Origin: Eledone cirrhosa
Lineage: Eukaryota
Reading direction: 5' to 3'
DNA: 64,000 nucleotides
Assembly (NCBI GenBank): GCA_964016885.1
Contig: OZ024742.1
Location: forward strand, 115,754,001-115,818,000
Shown here: positions 53,801 through 64,000 of the stretch, in pieces
Numbering within the stretch: the stretch's first letter is position 1
How the letters are laid out: the number at the start of each line of letters is the position of its first letter
Made by a program: the position numbers and the translations under genes
The notes under the pieces: model-generated
Told to the model about the DNA's origin: nothing
Database searches by the model: none
Seen by the model: only the letters and a program-made list of their open reading frames with translations

Positions 53801-54440
53801 TTGTAGATATAAGTGTGTGTTAATGTCATTTGTAATCACATAAAACGAAATGTATCAATTACAAGAACAACTTTGTTGTTAATATACTGTCAGATTTACA
53901 CTTCATATACCATATTTTTTTAGCTGTTCCAGTCACTTCATTTTCCTTATCTATTTTGCCTCTTTCACATAGACTATGGTTGCATTTTCCAACATATATT
54001 CAGCTTTTAATATTTCATTGCTATCGGCAGCCGTCAGTTAAACAAAGGAGACTAGTGTTGACATTTCTTGGCCTTGGGTTACCGCCATCTTGTCAGAAGC
54101 ACGTCCATCTTAACCGACCTTCAAGGAATACATCTATTGTGATTTACGTTCTAAAATAAATTATAGTGTTATCTTCATGAATAGAGTTTCCTTTTTCCTT
54201 GTGATATGTTTTATAGACTATACTACCTTCAGCTTTTGAGAGACAATGTCTTTCAAAATTAATACTATCTGTAATCGCATCATTTCGCAAGAATAACGTG
54301 TTTGTTGGGATTCATAGATTCATCTCATTTTAAAGCGTAAGCAATACTAAGAGGATACATATGGGATTCTCGACCGCAGTCCATTCCCAAAAGAGGCAAA
54401 TGGACATATCCTAGAATTTAATATTAATAATAATAATAAT

Positions 54441-54660
54441 GGTGTCTACTATAGGCGCAGGGTCAGCAATTTGGAGAGAGCTGAAACTCGATTAAATCGA
54501 CCCCAGTGCATTCCTGGTACTTTATTATATCTACCCCGTAAGGGTGAAAGGCAAGCCAACCTCACAGGAATTTGAACTCAGAACGTAAAAGGCCATCACT
54601 CTATGTCACAAAGCATATCGTATTGTCCGACGCTCTACAGATACTTTCAATCCACCACCA
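54441..54660 (-). mobile_element. tRNA-SINE copy with (AAT)n at its 3' flank
   Basis: ATCGACCCCAGTGCATTCCTGGTACTT...GGAATTTGAACTCAGAACG; (AAT)n at 54426-54440. Confidence 0.8.
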
Positions 54661-54681
54661 TATAGATAACAATAAAAATAA

Positions 54682-54850
54682 TTGTTTCTACTTTTGGCAC
54701 AAGGCCAGCAAATACCCAGTGCATTACTGGTACTTAATTTTATTGAACCCGTAAGGATGAAAGGCAAAGTTAACCTCGGCGGGATTTGAACTCAGAATGG
54801 CAAGGCTCTAACTCTATGCGTCAAAGCATGGTGTCCGATCCTCTACCGAT
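54682..54850 (-). mobile_element. tRNA-SINE copy
   Basis: Collinear with 25151-25332. Confidence 0.85.
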
Positions 54851-54879
54851 TATATAATAATAATAATAATAATAATAAT

Positions 54880-55542
54880 TTCTTTATTAACCACAAGGGT
54901 TTACATAAAGTAGACATTAAGGACAATACAGGACAATGCAGGGCAATACATTGTTGTTGTTGTTGTTATCGTTATTTTACTTATTATTAATTTTAGTTTC
55001 AGTTGTGGTGGTGGTGGCGTCAGTGGTGTTCGGTGTGGAAGAGTTCATTTCGACATCACGAGTTAATTTATTTTTTTCTTTTGTTTCTGTTGTTGCGGTG
55101 GTGGTTGGGGTGGTGGTTGTCGCGGTGGTGGTGGTGGTGGTGGCGGCTTTAACACCTGCAGTCATTGGTAATGGCGGGAAATGAATGTCTGCCTGAGACA
55201 AATTTAAAATATTGCTACTGCTTAAATGTTTAGTGTTGGCAAACGTTGTAATATTTACAATGGTAGTGTCGGTGTGAGATGTTAGTTTGTGAGGAAGTCT
55301 CTCAGCTGCTTGGTGCAGAGGTGAATCAGCCATGATTTGTGCAAAAACATTTTTTGATAATCATAAAAGTTAAAATTTTGGGTACAAGGCCCCATTTTTT
55401 TTGGATGTCCTTTTCGAAAAACAATGTATGTGCGCTTATATACAGTTAACAATAAAATTTTCCATAAATGGCATTTTTTAACAAACAGAAACAACAAACC
55501 TTTGCGGAGCTCACGATGATACGATTTACTACGTAGGTCGCC
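54880..55542 (-). mobile_element. Mini-Tx1 (E3): intact 5' ~590 bp joined to intact 3' ~70 bp
   Basis: 54951-55542 matches the E1 5' end (~42233-42833); 54880-54950 matches the E1/E4 3' terminus; (AAT)n at 54855-54879 and 55543-55566. Confidence 0.9.
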
Positions 55543-55812
55543 AATAATAATAATAATAATAATAATGTTTTCTTTATTAACCACAAGGGTTTACATAAAG
55601 TAGTAATTAAGGACAGTACAGGACAATACAGGATAGTACAAATGGGCATTTCTGCGTGTAAAAAAACAGATGATGTGATAAAAAAATAACAATGTAAAAT
55701 TCCCCAATAGCGGGGAGACTTCCGAAGGACATTTGTGGAGAAAGCCCATTAAAAGGCCACAGTGACCCTAACCACCAGGGCAAGTGAGCTCTCTCAATTT
55801 TCGACCTTTAAT

Positions 55813-58800
55813 TTACAGACACATACTCAGAGTAGGCCCATTCACTTGGGCCATACTTGCTTCTCTCACCCATCTTTCAATAAAATGCTGGGAAGAGAGC
55901 ACTTCCCTCTCTACCCTGATTTTCCTTTCCAAATGAAATTTGAAAACGTTAATCAAGGCATCACCGAAGAGGTAAATGCTCGTCTTCAGCCCTTTCAAAC
56001 GTGTCCACCATACTATCTCTTTCGCCATGGCCACCAGACAGATAAATACTACCTGCCCTTCCCGGCTAAAGGAAGAGGGCGGGGCAATCCTCACGATGGA
56101 CTCCGTCACAGATGGATCCGTCCTACACGTGACTGCAGGTGTTCGACATAAACCCACCAGTGAGCAATGCTCGGACAGTGGACGAGTGCGTGCAGGACGG
56201 TTTCGTCTCTCTGCGCGCATCTCGGACATGCTCGGCTGACGGCACCTCCGTGCCTGTAGAGTTTATCCCGAACTGGCAAAGCTCCCCGGTAGCACTGCCA
56301 GGCCAGGGATTTCTGGAAGTTGTCCATAGGCCCCGGCCCGAAAGTCCTTCCGAAGAGATTGGCTAGTTGATTTTCGTCGACGCCTAGAGTTTCTCCAAGT
56401 ACGTCGTCGTTCTTCCCCTACACTAATCCTCTATAGAACGCCAAGGTGGAGTTTCCACCGATCACATTGCCCGATTGGTCGAGGGCTGTGAGCGCCTGAA
56501 GACATTCTAGTCTCCAAGCGCTCCCTCTCGGTTTTTGATTGACCCAGGTATGCAGCTGCGTCAAGGAGACGAGCTGGGGAAAGACGTGTCTAGCAAAGGC
56601 GACCACACCTGATCACCGTCGAGGAAGAGGTGAAGAAGTCGTAGCCTGAGCGCGTGTCTGCGCATCATCAGCCACGGCCTGTCCAGCCCTCCACGTAGGG
56701 TGTGTTGAAAGCAGAGGACCGCCTGACGATCGGAGCGCGTCCCTTCCACAAAAAGGGAAAGAGCAAACGCTCCAGCGCAGTTAGGCCTGGCTTAGGACAA
56801 GGTACGACGGTCAGGCGGTAGTAGATGACGGACGCGATGTACGCGTTAGCCACCTCCTATCGACCTTTCAAGGATAGCTTCCTCTCCGCCCTTTTCTGGG
56901 TGAGAGAAGCCACCCTGCTCGTCACCTCGTCCCAGTTTTTGTCCGTCTGGACGCTTTCAACGTCTCCACTTTGTGCAGTAATGGCTCGAGAGTCAATACG
57001 TACAAGAGGGACGAGAGGGGACATCCTTGGCGGACCGAGCGCATGATGTTGAACGGTTCCGAAAGGTGACCGTTCACTCTCACCACGGAGCAGATGTCGC
57101 AGTGCATGGCAGCGATCCAGCCTCTTAAGACGGGCCCAAAGCCAGCCGCCCCCAGGACTGCCGCTAGGTAACGATGGTCGACCCTATCGTATGCTTTCGG
57201 CTGATCTAAATTGATCAAGGACCCACCCGTGCCAGGTTCCCTAGTTACCCTCTCTACGATGTATCGCATGAGGTAGAGGTTGTCGTGGATGGATCTGTCG
57301 GGAATGGCGCATGTCTGCGCCTCTCCCACCTGACCACCAATGACAAGCACCAATCTCTTTGCTAGCACCTTGGCCAAAATCTTAAACTCTGTGTTTAGCA
57401 GGCTTATGGGCCTGAACTTATCTATATTACCTCCTTGTTCGGATCCTTTCTCAGCAGCGCCACAGCTCCTCGTTCTGTTTCCAGTTTCAGTAGACGTCCG
57501 CCAAGAGGCCTCCGAACAAGTCTGGCATCTGTACGTAAAGTTCATAGGGCAGACCATCCAAACCAGGCGATTTACCCCTTTTGCAGCCAGTCATTGCATC
57601 CCGTACTTCAGCGGCTGTTATCGGCTTTTCGTAACACTCCGCCTCAGTGGTCGAGAGCCGCAGCAGTCCGTCGAGGTAGACACTAAAGTCCATCCCTCGA
57701 CCCGGCCCGCCCATGCGCCCGAACAGCTGTGCGAAGTGTCGCTGAAAAGCTTCACACATTTGCCCGGGAACGAGTAGCATGTGCCCGTCCTGGTCCACCG
57801 AAGACCAGATCGTGGATTTGTTGCTACGACCCACCTCCTCCACTCGGACCCATTGAACGGCTTTCGTCCCCTCGTGTCTGAGAGCAGGCACCCTAGCTCT
57901 GACAACGCAGCCTTCGTGCTTTGAATTGAAGAATTGGTCAAGGGCCAATTTCGCCGCAAGTACGTCGGTCGCGATGCCTTTGCTAAGCGCTTCGACTAAT
58001 TTTCTAACTAATTCTCCCTCTGCTCTAATTTTCTCTACTGCTAAAGCCTTACTAAACCTAATGGATTCTAGTCTAATTGCTCTTTTCAGAACAAACCACC
58101 ACTTGTTTTTGACGATAGCCCCCGTCAACGCTCGCTTAACTAGTTCACTAATCCGGTCTCTGTAGGCCTTGCGTGCTGGTAAGGACGCGTTTAGCTTCCA
58201 GTAGCCGGGTCCTCGTCTATGAAGCCTATCTAATCAAGCACACAGATCACGAATTTGTAGTCCGTGTAGCTGACTAACTTGAATTGGGGACAGCCTATGC
58301 TAGACCTATCTTTTTCCCTACAAAATACTCTATCTAGATATGATCTGGATGACCCTATGCGATTTGTCCAAGTCCACATTGGCACATTCGGGAAATCCAA
58401 TCGGTACCTGTCAGAGAGTTCAAAACACCTGAGCAGATCGGTGTGACTCTTGCACCCTCCTCCCACACAGTCGCAGCGTGCATCTAAGATCCCGTTCCAG
58501 TCGCCCACTAACACTAAAGAGCGGGACGTTCCAAGAAAGGTCTTCAGACGCCGGACGAAATCAGGCCGCTTGTCACGTCCAGCACCACCAACTTACCTTC
58601 TGGATCCAGGAAGATGGCCCGTATGGCGAGATCCAAACCTCTCAAAAAAAGCACATATACTCCTCCCCCCGATCCCGGACGGCTGGGAGATGTATACATC
58701 GTAGCCGCCGAAGATCGGTGCGAAGTCCCGTGCTTCGGAGATTCTGGTCTCGCTGATGGCCACTACATCTATGTTTAGTGACCTGAGGTCGTTCAACAGG

Positions 58801-58865
58801 TGCCCCTGCTTCCATGACGACCCCAAGCCACGCGCATTTATGCTGCCTATTCTGAGTGACGTCAT
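55813..58865 (-). pseudogene. E4 ORF2: AP endonuclease plus reverse transcriptase, frameshifted, with a deletion near 56950 removing the YADD region
   Basis: MTSLRIGSINARG, ISET, GDWN, KSPGLDGLPYELY, FRPISLLNTEFKIL, DQPKAYDRVDH, VRQGCPLS, CPRCAQRDETVLHALVHC. Confidence 0.92.
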
Positions 58866-59529
58866 GTTGAAATGGAGTGGAAAAGATGGGAAGGACCACT
58901 TACCTTACTTCTCGTAGATGAAGGACGGTTTCTCCATCCCTTTTCACTTGATCGTCTGGTGAAGGTACCGTTGAATCGTCCCTTCGGCTGGTCGTCGGCT
59001 CTTCTATGAGGATGTCCAAATATACTCTCCGGTTGAGAGTCCCTCCTAGGTCTCTGAAATCACTATCTGCGTTGGGGAATTTCGCTTTAATGTGTGTGTG
59101 TTGTTTCTATGCTATTCTTACCAGTCTTATGTTCGTTGGTGTTTTCATTGGTGCTGGTATTATGTAGACGTGCTGTGAAATGTCTGTGTGTATTTATTGC
59201 CGTGCATTTGTTTTTCTTTGGGGTGGGGTGTGGTTCTACTAGTTTCTTGTCGTTGTTGTTGGGTGTGTGTGTTTTGTTGTTGTGTTGGTGCTTGTGGTGG
59301 TGGTGTTGAAGGTGTTGTTGTTTGCGGTGGGGTTGTCGCCGGTGGTGATGGTGGTGCTAGTGTGAGTGGTGATGGTGTTGGTGGTGTTGCTGCTGTAAGT
59401 CTCTTTGCAGTAGCCTTTACCCTTTTTTTCATTTCTTTCCTCCATTTTCGAAGGCGACGATGCGCTGCTTCTGCGTTTGTGCCTTCTTACAACCTTTTGC
59501 CATCCCTCTCCCACATCACACTTCATGTC

Positions 59530-60399
59530 CTATTCTGCGAGACCGGGGAGGGGCATCAGATCCACTCTTTCACTTGTTGTTGTCGGTGATGTTTGCAGTG
59601 GAGTCTCTGTTGCAGCTGCATTTGGTATTACTGTTGTTGTTGTTAATACTTCCACTGCTGCTGCTGTTCTTGATTTCCCTGGTGTGGGTATGGGTGCCAC
59701 GGACCTATCGTTCCCGGTTGTCGCTTGTCCTGTTGCTGGTAGCAGTGGAGCCGGTTTCGGAAGGAGGTGGGTTTTCTCCTTTCTCAGGGTCTTCACATTG
59801 CAGAAGGCCCTGAGGTGAGTCTTCGATCCACAGCGAAAGCATTTCGGACGTTTGCCCTCAATAATTATGGGCAGTTGAGTGCCGTTATCGAAGTCTATCA
59901 CATCCGGGATAGTTTCGATGCACTCCTGGTTGGTTTGGATTAACATCTCAATGGAGGTGCCGACCCAATCTTCTCTTACATTTTTCTGTACTTGCAGTAC
60001 AGTTGTTTTGTCCTCGATTCCGACGAGGACAGACGCGACCAGCAATGAATGGGCCATCCCTGGGTGGACGTGGGTCAGTTTGACCCTCACAATTTTTTGC
60101 CCGCAGTAGGAGAGCACCAACACCATTTCCTCGCTCCTTAGGGTCACTAAGGATTGAGCCTTTGCCTCCAGGGGTGTGGCAAAAAGCACGTCTACGGTGG
60201 CATATTTCTTGCCTCGGATGATATGTGTTTTCCGCTGCCACACAGACCCTAAGGCGTTTTGTATTTCAGCCTCTGTGGCTCTTTCAACCCTACGGGATTT
60301 TTTGCTTACTGTACGGTATGTGACCGTACAGTGCTGTTGGGTTTCGAAAAATGTTTCGGCTGCCTTGCAGATTGCTGGGTGTCCGGTTTTCGTCACCAT
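59530..60399 (-). pseudogene. E4 ORF1 core with CCHC zinc knuckle (full ORF1 extends ~58900-60750)
   Basis: IIIEGKRPKCFRCGSKTHLRAFC; homologous to the E1/E2 ORF1 core. Confidence 0.85.
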
Positions 60400-61243
60400 C
60401 TTCTTTGCTTCCTGTAATTCCTCATTTGTTATGAGGATGGTTTCCAGGTTCTTTGCGATACCTGCAAACGAAATTTGTTTTTCTTTGCTGTTGTTGTTGT
60501 TATTGTTGTTGTCGTCAGAGCTGCTGTTACTTTTGTTGTTGCTACTGGTACTACGACTACTGCCGCCGCCGTTGTTGCTGTGGTTGTTGCTGTTGTTGCT
60601 ACTGGCGATTCTGTTGTTGCTGCTAATGCTGTTGTTGTTTATGCTGCTGCTGATGCTGTTGCGGCTGCTACTGTTGATTTCCTTGTCACTGTTGCTGCTG
60701 CTGCTGTTATTATGGCTGCTACTGCATGACGTCAGACGAATGAAATGGGTTTCTCTATTTACCGCACATATTATTCGTCGTTGTTGTCGTCGTCGTGAAA
60801 TGTTCCTCGGTTTGCACGTGCTCGAGGAAACTATCAGAAACTATATTTTTCTTTTTCTTTACTGGCGTCGCTTGCGAAAGAGAAGGGAGGGAGAGATACA
60901 CATTTATAGAAGGGAGGGAGCGAGAGAATCTTCTCTCTGGTGTAGTGACGATTGAGGAAGAGAGGACGGAATGAGTGGGAGTGACTTGTGAAAATTCTCT
61001 TTTGTAGCCATGTTTTTTTTGGTTTAAAATACATATTGAGCACCAAACCCCAATAAGCGGTTATTTAAACCCGAAGGGCCAACTAACGGGCAGAAAGACC
61101 CCTCTCGCGAGAAGGAGGGTGTTTTTGTCTACAATCTAGTTGAAGTTTTAAACAATTTACAATTGGTATTGCGCTTAAAATTTACAATACCTTACAGAGC
61201 CGAGCCTCCGTCAACCATGGCATTCAATAATAATAATAATAAT

Positions 61244-63040
61244 GTTTCCATGTGACTCTTTATCACCGCTTTTATTCTGCATCGCACGTATACCATTAAG
61301 TAAAATGCTCAATGAAATAAAACATGGATATAAAGTCTATGACAAAACCATTAATCACTTGTTCTACATGGATGACCTGAAACTATTTGCAAAAGCTGAT
61401 GAACAATTGGAAGGTCTATTATCCATTGTGAAACAGTTCATTGATGACATTAAAATGGAGTTTTGACTAGATAAATGCGCCAAAGCAACGTTCACCAGAG
61501 GAAAGCTGCTGAAGAGTTCAGACATTAATCTTGATCGGGGGAATGTGATAAGAGAACTTGATCAAGAAAAGACTTACAAATATCTAGGTGTTTGGGGAGG
61601 AGACGGAATCAAGCACTCGACAATGAGGGAAAGGATAAGGAATGAATGTTCCCGCATAGTAAGAGCAATCTAAAGAACGGAATTGAATGCAAGGAATATG
61701 ATCGATGCCATAAACACGCTTGCCATACCAGTAGTAACCTACAGTTACAATGTCATCAACTGGTCAAGCACAGAGAACCGTAGGCTCGATACAAAAATTC
61801 GAAAATTCTTAACCATGCACCCAATTCATCACCCTAAGGCAGATACAGATAGAATATATCTCCCTAGGAAAGAAGGAGGACGGGGGTTAAAAGATATTGC
61901 GTTGAAAACTGCAACAATTGGATTATCTACATATCTAACGGAATCACATGATTAGATGATCAAACTCGTTTTGAAACACGAAAGCATCAACAGATCATAT
62001 TCCATTACAAAAGATGCACAAAGATACAGTAATGGACTACACATTTCAGAAGTTCCATTTACTGCTGAAATGAAATACACAGAAAAAGCAAAGCAGGTAA
62101 AAGTAACTGCAAAGAAATAACTGCTACAGAAACTGGCTAAGAAATGGCAAGGAAAGCCTCTGTATGGAAAATACTCAGAAAGATCTAACAACCCTGATGT
62201 TGATAAAACCAATCAGTGGTTGGCATCATCTGGACTGAAATCGGAGACTGAAGGACTAATTATATCAGCACAAGATCAGTGTCTACCAAGAAAATAATTA
62301 CCAACACAAAATTACCAAGCCAACATAATAAAAAATGGATGCAACCCATTATGCCGTCTATGTAAAAAACAACCAGAGACCATTGATCATATAATTTCAA
62401 TGTGCAGTCCTATACAGGCGTGACAGAGCTGCACAATATATACATTGGATAATGTGTAAGCATTTTGACCTGCCCCATCAAAAGAATTGGAGGGAGCGTC
62501 AACCACCTCCAGTACTTGAAAAAGATCACATCTCAATCTTGTGGTACTTTAGCATCCAAACAGACCGAAAAATAGATGCAAATCGACCTGATATAATACT
62601 GAAGCACTTTAAAAAGAGGGTATGCCTGCTAATTGATATGTCCGTTCCAATAGACAAGAATGTATCTACCAAAATATTTGAAAAATTGAGTAAGTATAAG
62701 TTCTATCTCCAAGAGATAGAAATTGGAAAAAATGTGAGAACTAAAACGATACCAGTGGTTGTAGGCGCTCTAGGAATGATACCTAAGGGGTCTAATGATT
62801 ACTTATCACAAATCCCAGGGAGCCCGCGTATAGGAGAAATACAAAAGATAGTACTAATGGGAACTGCCCATATACTATGGAAGATTCTGTCAATAAAAGT
62901 ACATGACAAGTCTAGGCCCCTAAAGATGCATATGTGTGTATGTATGTTCTTTCTTGAACATGGCGGACCTTGTTGTGTCTTGAGGTCACTGGTTGTGACT
63001 TGGTGATAACTCGTATGAACATTAAGCAAGATAAATGCAA
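61244..63040 (+). mobile_element. 5'-truncated R4-clade (Dong-like) non-LTR retrotransposon: RT, CCHC and restriction-like endonuclease
   Basis: DSLSPLLFCIA, INHLFYMDDLKLFAK, YKYLG, RIYLPRKEGGRGL, LKSETEGLIISAQDQ, CRLCKKQPETIDHIISMC, RPDII..LLIDMSVP..KLSKY; begins directly after (AAT)6. Confidence 0.9.
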
Positions 63041-63042
63041 CT

Positions 63043-64000
63043 CCATCCCGAACCGGCAGTCCCCCGTGGTAGCACTGTCAAGCGAGGGATTTTTTGGAAA
63101 TGATCCATCGTCCCCGGCTCCTAGATTCTCTGGAACAGACTGATTAGTTCGACTTCGTCGACTCCCAGAGCCTGTCCGAGTGCATCGTCTCACTTACCCA
63201 CCACTAGTCCTCTATAGAACTCGAGAGTGGAAGTTCCACTGACCGCATTGCCCGCCTGGTAGAGGGCAGTGAGTACCTGGCAACATTCCAGATGCCAGTC
63301 ACCCAGTGTCGGTCTCTTATTGACTCAGGACTGCAGCTCAGTCAAAGAATGGAGCTGCGGAAAGGCCCGTCTGACAAACGGCGACCACACCCGTTTCACT
63401 GTTTAGGCAGAATACTTGGAGATGCCGCAGCCTCAGCTCGTGTCTGCGCATCATTATCCACATAATGCCCAGCCCTCCACGTAGAGGGTGCTGGCAGCTA
63501 TGGACCGTCTCACCAGCGGAACCTGACCCCACCACAAGAATTTGAAGAGGATCAGCTCGAAGATGGCGAGTCGAGAACGATGGCATGGGACGACGGTCAG
63601 ACGGTAGTAGATGACGGACGCGATGTATGCGTTCGCCACCTCCGCCCGACCTTTCAGTGATATCTTTCTCGCAGCCCATTTCTGGGTGAGACTGGCTACC
63701 CTGCCTATCACATCGTCCCAATTCGAATCCACTCGAATCAAACCCCGAGGAACTTTACCGGCCCGTCCGTCCACATCCTAACGACGCTGTTGGATGGCAT
63801 GGACTTTCCTCTCCATGTGCCGAGTTGCAAGCCCACCAACTTTTCCGGATTAAATTTTGCTCCCGTCAACTTTTCAGATTCCTCCAATAAGTTGCCGACC
63901 ACCTCGATTTCTGAGGGGTCCGACACAATCACGGTTATATCGTCCACATAAGCCGACACAGGCTTTCCGCGTCCCGGTTCCAGTGGAATGCCCTGCAACA
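63043..64000 (-). mobile_element. Tx1-clade ORF2 segment E5 (E2-like), 3' end missing, continues beyond the window
   Basis: AYVDDITV, GLQLGTWRG, ISLKGRAEVANAYIASVIYYRL; collinear with ~43590-44380. Confidence 0.9.

Larger units (their letters stand above)
55567..61225 (-). mobile_element. Full-length Tx1-clade element E4
   Basis: ORF2 and 3'UTR nearly identical to E1, but a different 5'UTR and ORF1; (AAT)n on both sides. Confidence 0.93.

Noticed and set aside
54880-55640. Direct repeats at 54880 and 55567 suggesting an LTR
   Set aside because: They are the 3' termini of two adjacent non-LTR copies; there are no TG..CA ends, PBS or integrase.
60176-60955. 259-aa Leu-rich plus-strand ORF resembling a membrane protein
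   Set aside because: Antisense reading of the trinucleotide-rich ORF1 N-terminus of E4.

Overview
AT-rich, microsatellite-dense eukaryotic (animal) genomic DNA. I could not support any host protein-coding gene; nearly all listed ORFs are microsatellite artefacts or transposon remnants. The SINE families and repeat density suggest a cephalopod (Octopus-like) genome, which is an inference. The first ~32 kb is a graveyard of elements: a hAT MITE with a nested Helitron, CRE, CR1-group, RTE and Tx1 fragments, a DD36E Tc1-like transposon, SINEs, foldbacks and a 391-bp palindrome carrying hammerhead-like motifs. The right half (32.8-64 kb) is a pile-up of Tx1/L1-clade non-LTR retrotransposons. Three full-length copies and one 663-bp internally deleted copy sit in the same orientation, each bounded on both sides by (AAT)n, and an R4/Dong-like element shares one of these (AAT)n tracts. 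The main candidates for novelty are: (1) a Tx1 lineage that appears to target (AAT)n/(ATT)n microsatellites and stacks head-to-tail; (2) a perfect AG|GTAAGT splice donor overlapping the ORF1 stop codon in all three full-length copies, where removing a 51-52-nt intron would fuse ORF1 in frame to ORF2; (3) 5'UTR/ORF1 module swapping on a near-identical ORF2; (4) a possible SINE-like mini-Tx1.
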